From Chlorokybus atmophyticus (Eukaryota > Plantae > Mesostigma and Chlorokybus algae): a DNA stretch of 64,000 bases. Where the stretch lies: positions 859,099 to 923,098 of the forward strand of contig RHPI01003642.1 in assembly GCA_009103225.1 (NCBI GenBank), read 5' to 3'. A program made the translations under genes and the position numbers. Below are positions 1 to 24,850 of the stretch, piece by piece. The number at the start of each line of letters is the position of its first letter. The first letter of the stretch is position 1. The notes under the pieces were generated by a model that made no database searches, was not told the origin of the DNA, and saw only the letters and a list, made by a program, of their open reading frames with translations.

Positions 1-11584
<11,584 letters not shown>

Positions 11585-13561
11585 ATAGTTGTTTCAAACA
11601 ATAAGCGCGTTAAACTAGGTTGGGCATGTACATCACTGGAGCAACTCTTGTGCGCGAAGTGTAATTGCATGTTGACTTTATACAGGCAGGTGACAAGTCT
11701 AGAATGGCTGTCATTTGGTGTGCCCGTATCTGTGTATAGGGTATGTGAAGTGCTGTGTGAGACACACGCATACATATGCCACATGCACACCAACACTCAC
11801 ATGCACACTACCAATTCAGTTTATCAAGTTGTACACCATCACTACCGGGCTAACCACTATCACTATGACACTACCGCCCGTCCCCGTTAGCCATGCATGC
11901 ATGGTGACATGGTGTTACCTGCCCACAGGGCCGTTTCAGTCAGTTCTGTTCAGCGTCGCAGTTGCTGCAGCATCCAAGACCAGCAGGACTCCCTCCCCTC
12001 CTCCCCCTCCTCCCCCTTCTCCGCCACCACCCCCTTCCTCTGCCTCTCTCATCTCCCAAACCCTCTGCGCGTGAGCCACCCCGCGGTGGTCCTGCTGTCG
12101 CTGCCAGCCTTGCGCTGCAGTGCCAACGTCAGCACTGCACTGCGCAGGGTCCTTGCGTCCTTGCCGACAGTTGGGTCTGATCGGTGGGGTTGGGTGGTGG
12201 GGTTGGTGTGTCTGCTATATGGAACATTGTGCTGCGACACAAGTAGCTGCAGATATGCAGTGCAGTAACCAAGTCAGTCTGCGCGTCCACGCCTACCTCA
12301 ACACTAGCAGAGTGATGAGGCGTGCGCATCCATGTTCAACTGCATGCACATGCGTACACATGGCATGGGCGTGTACATGTGCACGGATGTGTGTGGATAC
12401 GCACTGACTGCCAAACACCAGTTATATATAACAGCAGCCGGGTAAGACTATTATGCAAGCTTGACTCTATAGTATCACAAAGAAGTGCAAATGCTATGTG
12501 TGTGTCATGCGTGCTCCCTTCCAATGGCAGCACACAGATTGCACAAGCAATGTCAATCCAACTACTAGATTGGTAGATTGGAGGCAAGGGAACAGGCGCT
12601 TAAGCATGCAACTAGAACAAGGCCAAAACGTGGTATGTAATACAACACACATGATGACAGCCACATAACCTTGACTATCCATGCCACTTGTCATTAATGC
12701 GATTATCACAGACCGTGCGCGCAGCACACAGTGTCTAGTGTGCGGGCCATGCTAGCAAGCGCAGCAAGATAACACGCCGAACTTGCCCACGCGTGCATAT
12801 TGGCCAACATGGTTGATGGTTGGAATAGGAGTTGGGATTACATACACCACAAAGTGAATAAGCACTAAAGAAATTGCTAGCCTAACCACTTCAATCTCGC
12901 TCACTACTAGCACAGCGACATTGTCACTCAAATAGCTAGAACACATATGAAGCATACCATCTTTACACAGAAGGCAGTGTCTACATGAACATAGCTGTTC
13001 TCTCAACTTCTAAACTTACAGGACCGCATTGATGTAATGAGCTGTGCCATGCATGAAAGTGGGCGGCATTACAATCTGTGTCAGGTTTTGGCAAAGACCG
13101 CAGAGCACAACATTCCAATATGACTTCCGAGGGCTAGCATTGTGAGCTTTAGAACGAGGGGGCTGCCTGCAACTCAACTGGCATCACCAATCAGGCTGAT
13201 TAACGCAAGCCCCCTGCAACCTTGGCAAGCACAATCTATGTGACAACCCTGTTAAGAACAAGGCGCGCGAGGCCAGCTTAAGTGCGCAGCACTGCTAGCC
13301 ACTCACACCCTTTCGGAAGTGCTGGCAGTGGATATTTGGTGTTGCTTCCAATACTGACCAAGCTACGCGCACCTGTCCAAACAGGAGTCAATAAGCGCCC
13401 TCCATTCCCTTTCCAGTGCAATGCAATCACTCACCTGACTGTGCTTAGCACTGCATTGGATGGCTCTGCTGTTCATCCTGTATACAAGAACGCACCAGCC
13501 ATGGGATCCTCACAGAATCCAGGCGAGATGGGCGTTGACTGCTGGCGATGCCAACTGTTCA

Positions 13562-15849
13562 CTACACTTCTGATCCCACCACCGGATCAGGCCGCACGGC
13601 ATCAATATTGTATGGGTTGTCATCCTGCACACGGGGACGGTGTCGCACATTGGCTTTTACGGCTGTGGTTGCAGACTTTGCAGCAGGCTGCACTTTGGCC
13701 GGCATAAATATTGGTGCTGGACCGCGAAGTAGTGGATTGACACCAACAGGGCCTGTTTGCTGTTCGGGTTGCCTAGGAGCAGCTGCCTGTGAATGCTCAA
13801 TTGGAGGCGGTTCCGTTTCATCATCGCTTGGCTCTGCAGCAACAACCTGCACCCAAATGTTTTGTTGAACAACCATACGGCTCCGGCACTCAGTACGATT
13901 GTACCTTCCGACCAATAAGGTCGATTGTGACTTTGACTCGTCGCCGTTGTGCCTGCTCCCGATCCTCTTTCTCTTTGATTTGCTTCCTAAGCTGCGCTTT
14001 TTCCTGTGCAAAGAATTCACGAATGTCACTAACGAGCTTCAAACCTACTCTCAAGCTCGAGGCCTGGCATCAAATAGGATGCACCTCTTCTGACAACCAT
14101 GCATTGCCATCAATTAAAAAGTAGTCGCTCTGGTCATCAATAACAGTTGTGCGCGCCGCAGCTGTCCTATCGTATTCAACCAAGCGATCTTTGAACTTCG
14201 TTGCTTCTTCAGATTTCTGCTGAGCCTCCTGGTCCAATGCAGCCACCTGAACAACACGTTTTTAGCGCCTCAGGCAAAAATTCTGCCACGACTGCCCAGA
14301 AAAGCAAGCAACACGCCCTCGCGCGGGCACTTGTACGAGTGCCGTGACCGTAGTATTACCGGTTGTTGACTTGCGCCAGCCTGTGGATCAACACCCTTGT
14401 CTGGAATCGCCACGCCAGAGTAGTCGCGCAGCACCATGGCACCGCAGAACATGCACGGTCCCTCACCTTCCTGCTCGCAAACAATCTGCAAATTACAGCG
14501 ACATGATTAACTTTGCAGTCAGCAGCAAAAGCCTACACTGGCCTGTTTCACTTGGGTGTACACCAGGACCATCAGGACATGTATAGTTACTTGTTGAAAC
14601 AATTGGATATCACACAACACCTACCTTGCCGCAGGCGAGGCAGTTGGACACAAGGCGGTGCCGCATAGCCATGCAACTGCAAGGCTTCCGGCCAGGGTCA
14701 ACGTGCGGCTTGTTAAGACGGATGCGCGCTGCCTCCTTTTGCTCCCGCTCGCGCTCCTTCTTTCTATCCCGTCGCTGAAGTTTCAACTCACGCTGTTCTA
14801 TGTCAATTGCCTTTGTCTTGCCCTGGAGAAGTGTTTCAAAGTAAGCAGGGACGTGAGCGTGACAGGTGTCCAGAGCTTACGCCCTGTTGGTGTGATGTGC
14901 TGTGCGACATCAACCTGCATTGTTACCTGCACGTACGCCACATCCTCGGCGGCGGGCTTGAAGTACGCCTTGCCATACTGATTGTTGTTGGCGCCCGAAG
15001 CAGCAGCAGGGGACTCCACGGATGCTTTCGGCTCAGGCTGTTTGCGCCTCCTGGCCAGGTATTCGGACACTATCTTTGACGCTTGATCTGCATCGGCTAT
15101 GAAGCTCTGCAAATTGTTCACAATTTGAATCAACGTCAGCAAGCAGCTAAAGACATGAGGCAACAGATTTGAGGTCATTTTGAAACTGAACGAATTGTAC
15201 AAGTGCTACGTCTGAACACAACCAAGTAACCAACTTACAGGACAATTGCGCACCCTGCATGCAACTTACGGCACGACAAAGCACCGACTGTGCTAACAAC
15301 CTAAACGCAGTGGTTCAGATGATTGAGCCAGCTGCCAGATCCATAACAACAGAACAACAATAGGAGCATGCAAGGGCGCCAACTACAGGCACAATTGCAC
15401 CCTCTGTCCAGCCACGGAGCACTGAGCGGACAGCATATTCACGCATGCATGCTGTCACCAGGCGATTTTGGAAAGACACAACCCACGGTGCACAGAGTAA
15501 ACACATTGCATATGTTGATAGCACAGCGCAATAGTTGAAAGCTGCCATACTGACGACAAAGGTTCTAACGACGCACATAGGTTGACTGCCAACGCTGACA
15601 AGTTGCAACATTATAAGCAAAAGCAGTGCGGTCAGTAGTCGGCATGACGTGTGGCATGCACAGCTGACACCCACGCCAAAGAAGTGGGGACTGAACCTGG
15701 AGGTAGTCCGCGACGGCCTGGTCGGTAGCATCACGGGCGTAGACCGCCACACCCTCCAGGAGAGTGTCATCGTCGAAGGCAGTGGCGGACGCAAGCGCAC
15801 GCCGCAACCAATCCTCCGCAGACACCTCCCCACCGCCGCCACCGCCCAT
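13562..15849 (-). CDS. TRIP4: Activating signal cointegrator 1 / Rqt4-like C2HC5 zinc-finger protein, multi-exon, no ASCH domain seen
   Basis: ATG at 15849 (MGGGGGGEVSAEDWLRRALASA...). The zinc finger CSCMAMRHRLVSNCLACGK|IVCEQEGEGPCMFCGA is split by an intron at ~14.5-14.6 kb. The conserved TTVIDDQSDYFLIDGNAWLSEE and RRRVKVTIDLIGRK motifs follow. The last exon ends ...PVVGSEV at TAG 13562-13564. Confidence 0.88.
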
Positions 15850-16092
15850 GGCGCCAAGCACACTGCCACAATGACATACACACCCAACAACCAAACCCTG
15901 ACTAACCCTGAGGCACAGGCGATGGTGGCGGGATCTGCGGCGACAAGTTTGTCGTGGTTGTGGTCGTCGTCGTCATTGTCGTTGCTGTCGTTGTTGTCGT
16001 CGTCCATGATCAGCTTGTCGTAGTCGTGAGGCTTGTCGCGAGCGCAGCTCTGGCCATGGTCGTCGGTGGTGAGCAGCGGAGACGACGGAACC
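15850..16092. promoter_or_regulatory. Compact bidirectional promoter/5'-UTR interval between TRIP4 and GTG, with a GTC/GTT-rich trinucleotide tract
   Basis: The two start codons (15849 minus, 16093 plus) are only 243 bp apart. A (GTC/GTT)n-rich run lies at ~15951-16030. Confidence 0.6.
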
Positions 16093-19000
16093 ATGTTAGC
16101 CGAGGTGGGGGAGGCCGTCATTGTGGCTCTGTCGCTTGGAGCGTTCTTCGCATGCGGCTGGGTGTTCCTCAATAAGAAGCTCTACGGCGATTATGAGCAA
16201 AAGCAACTCCCTGTACAGGTGCAACGCAATGGCATCGCTGCCTAGCGTAGTCGCGCGTTGCAACTGTCATTGCCGTGCTGTGCATGCCCAGTCAGTATTG
16301 CAACTATGTCATTGCAACACAGCTGGTACCGTTCAAAAGCCTCGAGTTTCTGCAAGTGCCAGTAAAGCTGACAGCCGGTAGTGTTTCCCTGTGTTGGTGC
16401 TGAGCTCAGCGAATGTACATACTTGCATTGTATGCAGGCCATAAGCAAGCACACGAGCTCATCAATTGCGTGCTACTGGTCTCAGGCCGGTTGCTGCCTT
16501 GGCTGTCGTAGTGTGGAATACTCCCAAGTGTCCTGAAACAGATTGGTGCTTTACGCAATGAGTTGCGTGTCCATTTGCTTGAATCTAAATGTGCTGCAGT
16601 TCAATATCTTCGTTATCATGGCAACGGCATAACACGCTGCGCTGCTGACCGGCCTTCTTGTACTGTTGGTGTTGCAGATTCTATTCTGCACGACATTCGC
16701 TTTGTCCTGCAACCTTCTTCAGCTGGTGCTGTTTGAGATACTTGGCATTCTGAGCACAAGGTGTGTTTTGTTCGTCAGGGGCCCGTTCTCGCAGCTTGTT
16801 ATGTGGGTTGGTAGGATCTACTTGGATTTGGCTGGCGTCAAGCTGGGCATTGACACAGGATTGTACTGGTTGTTAGCTCGCGTTGGTGGATATGGCGGCT
16901 GGAGCTTGTCTGCATGCTGGCACTCCTCGTTTTCCTCCTGCCGTATTACCATTGTTTTCGCATTCTTTCCGCATATGGTGTGCAGCCACGTCGTGCTGCT
17001 CTGGGCGCTGTGTTGTTTCTGGCGACCTTTCTGTATGCGTTCTGGAGAGTGGGAGTCCATTTCCCCATGCCTGCCGCCGAGCGAGGTGTGCAGAAGTGTG
17101 AAGCAGAGAGACCGATAAAAACTATCATGCATGCGCAAGCATTAGATTGTACACCTTGCTGGAGCTTGTTGTTAATGTGCAGGAGCGTTCACCATGGCTC
17201 AGGGAATCAGTCGCTTGGGTGTGATGGGAGTGTCATTGATGGCTGTGCTTTCCGGGTTTGGTGCTGTCAATCTGCCATACACATACCTGTCCCTCTTCCT
17301 CAGGTGTGCTCTATGCTGGTATTCTCATGTCACCTTGCCATTACAAATACTTTCAACTCTCGTGTTCTGCTGCTGTTCTCCATATTTTCTGGTCCAATCA
17401 GATGGTAGCGTTGGGTGTTGTATCCTTAGCTGTATGAAATGTCGGTGGTTGCAGGCACATTGATGCAAGTGACATCATGGCACTTGAAAGGCAGCTCCTG
17501 CATGCTGTTGAGGCCTCAGCCCAGAAGCGAAAGCAGATTGCCATGACAGCACTAGATGCTGAGAGCGCTCTGAGTGCTCCGCCGGTATGTTCTATTGGTT
17601 GTGCGTTGCGTGAGGATCAGGTTAATGATGTGGTCATCATCCTGTTCCGCACTGATTCAAACCAACACCCAGGTTGCTGAGACCAAGTCATTCATGCAAA
17701 GGTTGGTTGGCACTGTTGTAAGCGCTCCAAGTGACGTGCGTCAAGGTGAGGGTCAGCCATACGGACACGTCATCTTGACGATGGGATGATGTTATAGGAT
17801 CTGCTGTGTGCAGACATGGCGCTACTGAAGCAGCAAGCCAAATCGCTAGAAGAGCTGTCGCAGCAACTGTTTCTTGAGATACACGAACTGCGACAGGCCA
17901 AGGTTTGACCACCTGTGTCACTGTTCAGGGTGCATGCTACAGAGCCTGTTTTGTAAACCGCTAGGCACTGACACACCCATGGTTGCAGGAAAGGATGGTT
18001 AACTCGCGAAGCTGGCAAGGCCACATAAAGAACTGTCTTGGCTATGCATTCTCAGCCTACTGCATCTACAAAATGACCAAGGTAAGGGGAGAGACCACGT
18101 GGCAGATTGTGTTCTCGGAAGCTCAAGAAGGGTACAATTCAAAAGTCATTGTTAACTACCCGATACTGGCTTCCAATAGCAACTTGCAGCAGAATTCCTG
18201 TTGTTGGCTCATAATATTGTGCAGCAACCTCATACCTGCAGCACATGCGTTTGCTTCCTTACGACTAGTATTGACATTGCTGCCATGCTTGCAGTCCCTT
18301 CAAAGCGCAGTGCTCCGACAGGTGCGAAGCAGTTTTTGTGGTACTCGTGGTGATTCCAGTTATACATTACTAAAGCCTGTGAGCTTTTGTTAGCCTGTGC
18401 TCATCTGCAGTTGGTAATATTCTTGCGTCGGTCTAGGATGAGAGCAACAGCATAGACCCTGTGAGCCGCGCGGTGGGTGTGCTGTTCCACACATGCCACA
18501 TACGCTTTGACACGGTGCTGTGGTCACAGGTAAGAACGCATTGTGTTCAGGTTTGCTGATTCTCCAACTTGTGCAAAGTTAGAACACTGTGTGATATTTC
18601 GAGCTATTGTGTGCAGTTGACAAAAGGCTTATCATTGGCCGCTGAGTGCTAACATTTACCATGTTGTGATGCAGTACATCTCGTTGCTATTTATTGGCGT
18701 GTTGATTGCAACTTCAATGCGCGGTTTTCTGCAGAATGTGCTCAAGGTACTTTTGGCAGTTGACATGCTGCTTAAGCTGCAGCCAATATAGGGCAAGAGA
18801 TTTGGTTTGGTTCAGCCCTGCATTGAAGTTTGCTGATGACAAATATGGAACACTGTGCAGTTCTTCTCGACTGTGGGCAGCAGCATTGGTGCATCAGGTT
18901 CGGTAATTATGTTCCTGGCAGAAATTATGGGCATGTACTTCTTGTCTGCTATACTGCTGATCCGGAAGAACCTGCCAGAGAAGTACAGGTATGTTGGTTG

Positions 19001-19232
19001 GTTGGGCATTGGGGGCGGTTCTTGATGAGAACTGTTGGATGTCTGAACTGTACGCGTATGGGCTATGATTTGATGCAGAGGTATCTACAATGACGTTCTG
19101 GGGGCAGACTTTCACTTTGACTTTTACCATCGATTCTTCGATGCTATCTTTCTGTGCAGTGCTGTCATTTCGATTCTGCTCTTGTCCGTACACCACAACG
19201 CAGCCCACCGGCAGAAGCATCCTACAGACTGA
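16093..19232 (+). CDS. GTG1: GPCR-type G protein / Golgi pH regulator (GTG/GPR89 family), multi-exon
   Basis: Exons read [149 protein letters not shown] and [19 protein letters not shown]. Stop is TGA 19230-19232. Confidence 0.95.
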
Positions 19233-20028
19233 GGTGTTGTGGTTCTAGCTAGATGGCATTAGCTTGTACAGTACGTAAGCTAACATTGGTCGCGGTGTAT
19301 TGTGAGTGCAAAGTGATAATCTTACGCCGCACTGGCTGTCAGTTGTGCATATGCGAGCACGTCTCTGGTCTCGTTGTCGTGGTTGCATTGATGTGTGGTA
19401 TGTGTAGCTGATCATACAGCACACTGGCAACCATGTGTCGAAGTCACTGACATAAGAAGACGTCACTGACGTTAGAGGACGACACATTCACACTCTGCTT
19501 GTTGGTCTCGAGTTGTGTGCTTTTGTGAAAATTAAGCTATGATTTCTTTCAGGCCTGCACCTCTGCTAATGTGCCCAGGCTGCTTCTGAACAATTGGCAG
19601 CTTGTTATGGAGGTTATATAACCAGAGGTTTGAGCAGCAGCTTGTTACACGATTGTGTCAGAAAGACAGAGTTTGTCATATGCAGAGAGAGTAGTGCTGC
19701 GTGAGTGGCTGTCGCCAACAGCACCTTCATGGTGCATGTGAGTGTATCAGAGAGATTGTTGGACAGCCGCTTAATTCAATATGTAGCTATATAGATACCT
19801 ACGTAACTACTGTACTACGCTAACTATTCACCTTTCTGCCCGGGCAGTTGTCGAGCCCAGGCACCTCACTGCTGGCAACTTTTCACTCGCACCAACACAA
19901 ATCTACGTCCAAATCCTGGCCTTACGCACAAAGTAAGGTCACACTGGTATCTACAATGACGCGCATAGGTGTTGCCATGGCTACCACAATGAATGGTGGT
20001 ACACTGGCAGCAAACTTGGATTTGCTGC

Positions 20029-23000
20029 TCAGGTGTACTGAAACTGCAATTCATCCAGCTGGAGGAGAGTGGTCGCATTCTGCACACCTGCAGCTGCTGC
20101 TACCCCCACGTAGACGCTTGCAAGATTTAGGAATGAGGGCACCTGCGTAACAATCCTCCATGACGAAGGTACCCACCAGTAGGGTGAATACCCAGCGGTC
20201 AATGTACCCTGCGATAGCAGTCATACAATCAGCTTATGAGCAACAGTTTGGACGAACTGTAAGTTAAGCAACCCATAACAATGGCAAGCATTCTTGTTTT
20301 ACTCACCTGAGTGTCAATGCTCAGCCTGAGCCAAGCATTGTTTTGATCTAGAACAGGTCCAAGAACAACAGTGGTGTATGACAAGCTTTGTTGCCGGTAA
20401 GAGAGCGCCAACTGGCGAAGGGCCGTGACGTACAAGTACGCATTAGCGGCTCCAACACTGCTGTCGGAGCGCAGCATGATACCACCTAAAACCAACAAAA
20501 GAGTTGGACTTGCTGAGAACAGTAACTTGAGCAACCAGGTGACTGGCACTATGCAAGAACCTGTCAACGACGTACCCGATGAACGATAGCTTGCATATGA
20601 CACCGATCGCAGCCGCATCTGGATGGCAACACTCTTCTTGCTTGTCAACACACGATACAGGAAGTTGAACTGGTCCGAGTCGCTTCGTACGCCGAGTCCC
20701 CCCGCAGCGATGTTGTACCCAGTGTTGCCGGTGCGGTAGGCTCCACCCGGCACAAACGTTGGGAAGGTGGCGCCTCCTATATCCACATTGCGGATGGTGG
20801 TGTCGAGAGCACCGGACGTGCCCGCTATCGGCGTCCTGATGCTGTACGAAGCCTGCATTGGAAGAAACCCATGAACACAAAGTCCCTAGAGCAGAAGAAC
20901 ACAACCTTGCGTGTACACGAGTATTTGCACACATGCATGCACAACTCACCAAGTAGGCGGTGGGAGGATCGCCTGGGATGGTCACCGTTGTGGTCGGCGT
21001 GGTGGCGCCGTGGCTCCAGATGACAAACTGCAGCGCCTTGCCTTGCAGGTAGTAGTAGGGCACCGCCGAGAGCGTGTAGGTGCTGCCGATGTACACGTTG
21101 CCATACACTTTACTCGCATCGGTGCCCATCTTGCCGTCCAGCGACACGTTGGCAGGGACGGTCTGCGAGGCCACCTTAATGAGCACCAACAAGGAGTCCG
21201 GTGGCGGGGGTGGTGAGGGTGGCGGGGAAGGAGGAAGAGGAGGTGAGGGTGGTGGAGGGCTTGGTGAGGGAGGAGGAGGAGGCCCCGGTGGCATTGGGCT
21301 AAAGCGCAGCACCGACAGCTCGGACAAGCGGATGTATGTCGAGTACACGTAGTAGCCATTGACGTAGGCGGGGGAGATTGTCTCTGGAGGGGCGGGCTTC
21401 CCGCCAATGAGACCGTCCTGGCTGTTGTCGAAAGTCTGACCATCCCTGTAGCAGTGTACAGAACACACTGAGTTGAACTGTAACAAGACTGAGGGCGGGA
21501 ATGTGTACGTGCGTACAGAAAGCGTGTCTGCGTGTGCATATCCATCGTGTATGTGCACATGCGCGTGTGTCCTTTCAATCCAATGGCTGTCACCCAACGC
21601 AACGGTCCCACACATACCACGTGATGCCAAACTTGTTCCAGGCGCTCGCTGCTTGTAGGCGTTTGACCTGAACGATGCCGCGGTTCTCGATGACGCTGAT
21701 GGACACGCGCTGCAGCGGTCGCTTCGACATGGGGGTTTTGGTGGGCGTCTTCTGTATCACCACAACACTGATCGCCGTCGTGTCCTTGTCGTACACCGCC
21801 CACGCCTCCAGGTCGGGCGACGACCCCTCGGGAGTCAACGGGAGGCTGTTCACGTGCGCGCCCGCACCCACCACTTGAGCCACGATGTAGCTAGCGTAGT
21901 ACGGGGCTCGGACCTGATGACAGCCCAACATGCTGTTGGTTGTGTGCTGGTGTCGTAGATAGCTATATACGTGTGACAACTCTCGCAGCACGCACACACC
22001 TCCCAAGGATCGCGGACGCCGTTCCACACTCTATAGGATGGCAGGAAGGGCGCATACGCTCCAGTATTGGCAGTTTGGCACACTACCGAGACACCCATCG
22101 ATATTGCTTGCAGCATGTAGTGCACCTGAGACGACACATAACACCCATCAGTACAACGCACACTCTAACCAACAACTCCTTGATTTCACTTTCTCCCCTA
22201 CCTCGTGCAGCGCAGCCCCAAAGGTGTCGCTGATGTTGGCTCGGCCTCCACAACTCATCGTCGCGTGCTCGGTGAACACCACTCGGTGGCCGAGTGCACG
22301 CAGCTTAGGCATGATTGGGTTAACAAATGTTGGTATCGCGGGCGTAGCCATCAACATCTCTAATGTAAAAGGATAATCCGGCCTCGAGCATTGACCTGTA
22401 CAGGAATTTTCCCAGTCAGTGTAGGTTGGTTTTTCACATCACATTGATGTGGGGCGCGTCAACGTGCCCCACATCATCCAGAGTGTGCTGACTTGACTCG
22501 CTTACCTATGGAGTAGTGGTGTAATGACCAAGCGCGTGCTAGCGAATTGGGCCCGGTCATGAATCTGTCGATGAAGTCACTGTAGTTTGCCTTCCATGGA
22601 TGGGAGAATGTTCCAGCTGATTGAAGAGAAGAAGCACATAAGCACAAGTAGGTTGCTGTCAAGCAGAACACATGACACATGCATGTGCAGCGGACTGTGT
22701 TCGTACTTATGACGGGTGCGTACAGTATGTCGCTGGGTATGCTCAAGCCTTGCAAAAGAGTAGAATTTTGCAACTTGAGTACAGCATCCTCCCACACACT
22801 GGCAAAGCTGTCATATCCCCTGTGGTGTACTCACAGTTACAGATCTGTCCGCAGTGCTTCAACCATACAGAGACATCCACCCAACCCAACACGCAACACA
22901 GCGTCCATAACAACCTACCATGGCTGGTACGGGAAGTCTGCCACTATCGAAGCTGTGTATGGTATAGCAAAGCTTGGGTCCTGTCCTCCAGTGAGTCTCA

Positions 23001-24365
23001 GTCCGAGGCTGACGAGTGAGTCGGGCTCGTTGTGCGCCTCAATCCCAACGATGTTGCTCACGCCGATGGCCTGCACGAGCCGACGGATGAAGAGCGCGCC
23101 TGGCGGGGACGGCCATGGCCGGCTAGGGAAAGCCAACACGGGAATGACGCGAATACCCGTGGCAGCAACCATGCTGGACAAACTCTGTTGAACAGGAGAC
23201 ACAAGTGTGAGAGACCATCATGAGCATAGGGAGGTCAACATGCAACCTGCATGAAAACATGCAAGATGCATGCATGCATTAAGCACACTACTCACTGCTA
23301 TCGATTCACGTGTGACCATCTCGAAGTTTTTCGGGTCGCAGCTGACAGCTTTGTCATTGTATGACGTGCCCTCGTCGCTGTTGACGCGAAGCAGCGGCCG
23401 GTGTCCGTGGTCGCCGAGGTTCCTAAGCAGCTGCGCCAAAAACATGTCTGCGCAAGCACAACAACAACATAAAGAGTGTAAATTACTGTTTGGTGCACAC
23501 ATCATTGAAGACATGAAGCTTTGCAAGTATACGAGCACACAAGCAGCATGTTGTTCATCACACATGCACGTGCATACCTGTGCCATTCTGCAAGTCCAAT
23601 CCCAAACCTAGATACCTGCAAAGCAAAGGGTCGTGTGTTAACAAGTCTGCGTTGAAAGTGTGCATGTGTGCGCATGCAGGCGTGTCATCATGAGCCTGCG
23701 CGTGAGCGTCTTACATGTGAAATTTCACGCGAATGACAAGTGGAAGGTGGGCGGGCGGGCGGGCATTTGTGTGCGTGTGGATGAATGTGACAGTGTGTGT
23801 GAGTAGGTGGGGGGTGGGAAGATGGTGAATTGACTGCTTGCTTCTGACCTATGCAGGTCTTTCCAAGCTATGGAGTAGCAAAGAAAATACTCATCCACGG
23901 AGTAGTCTGGTTCTGAGAACGTGACAGGGAGCGTTGCACTGATGGGTGGTGCGTACTGGCACAGCATAAAGACAGACAAATTCATTAGACATAAACGCAA
24001 AGAAAAGCTAGTTGACCCAACCTATGGCAAGGAGAATCATCCCCCCCCAACCCACCCAACCCACCCACCCACCCACCTTCCCCCTTTCCTCCCACCTCGC
24101 AAGAACCAAGAAACCAGACCAAGGAAACAAGCACACAAACATGCATGCACACAAACAATACACGTAACCCACTCCCCATCTCACTTGTCCTTAAGCATGC
24201 ACAAGCTCAACGGATGTATTCTAGAAGGCTGGGCCAGGTTGGCAGCAAAACAGCGGACAGCAAAACTGCGCCCAAGCGTACCTGCGCAGAGGCTGAGTGG
24301 ATGCAGTGCTGCAGCACGGCCAGCGCCAGCAGCACGATGCAGCATGTTGTGCTGGATGCCGCCAT
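20029..24365 (-). CDS. Secreted glycoside hydrolase family 79-like protein (beta-glucuronidase/heparanase clan GH-A) with Ser-Pro-rich linker and C-terminal beta-sandwich domains
   Basis: Exon 1 (24365-24282) is a 28-aa signal peptide, MAASSTTCCIVLLALAVLQHCIHSASAQ, followed by a GT donor. Later exons give LLRNLGDHGHRPLLRV, the acid/base motif EAHNEPD (23020-23040), and the nucleophile region VFTEHATMSCGGRANISDTFGAAL (Glu at 22268-22270). GH79C-like segments are VRAPYYASYIVAQVVG and GITW|DGQTFDNSQDG. A Pro-rich linker lies at ~21200-21290. The last exon ends ...LDELQFQYT at TGA 20029-20031. Confidence 0.85.
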
Positions 24366-24816
24366 TCCAACAACAGCTGCGCCCAGGAAAACACGAGAAG
24401 AAACAACAGTAGAAGATGAGTCTGTGCGACCACAACGCTCGCAAGTGCGATACGTGCATGCAACTCTGTTGGAAGGTGGACAGCGGGTGGAGAAGAGCGG
24501 GAAGGCAGCATGCTGTCAAGTCAGCTGTTGTTGACCACGCTCTCACCTCACCTCAGCTCTGGCCGACCAAGTGTACCAAGGGCAACATGACATGCAATAC
24601 GGCACGGCTCGGTAGAGCCCGAAGTGAGACTCTATACCAACAAGCTCAACAATAAAAATATTGCTTGACTTATCTACTACAGCCATGTCTGTTGCGTTAC
24701 GTCCCAACACCGTTGCCGTAATTTGTACGGATTCGGCGACCGCCTCACTGAGTAGTCCCTCATCCAACTCCTGTTACGCATGCCACCGTAACACATCGCT
24801 CTACTGACTGGCAGAT

Positions 24817-24850
24817 ACGAGCCGCGGCTACCGCGGTAGCCGCGGCTCGT
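24817..24850. repeat. Perfect 34-bp palindrome
   Basis: ACGAGCCGCGGCTACCGCGGTAGCCGCGGCTCGT equals its own reverse complement and contains three CCGCGG cores. Confidence 0.95.

Noticed and set aside
13559-13564. TRIP4 ends TAG-TGA, and most other genes end in TGA, suggesting TAA/TAG reassignment to Gln as in some ulvophytes
   Set aside because: The conserved ATR and GTG exons I checked use CAA/CAG for Gln and have no in-frame TAA/TAG, so the standard code fits.
15315-16172. 285-aa minus-strand ORF with an Asp/Asn run
   Set aside because: It reads through TRIP4 introns in a non-conserved frame and overlaps the GTG start. It is best explained by the trinucleotide tract and GC-rich sequence.
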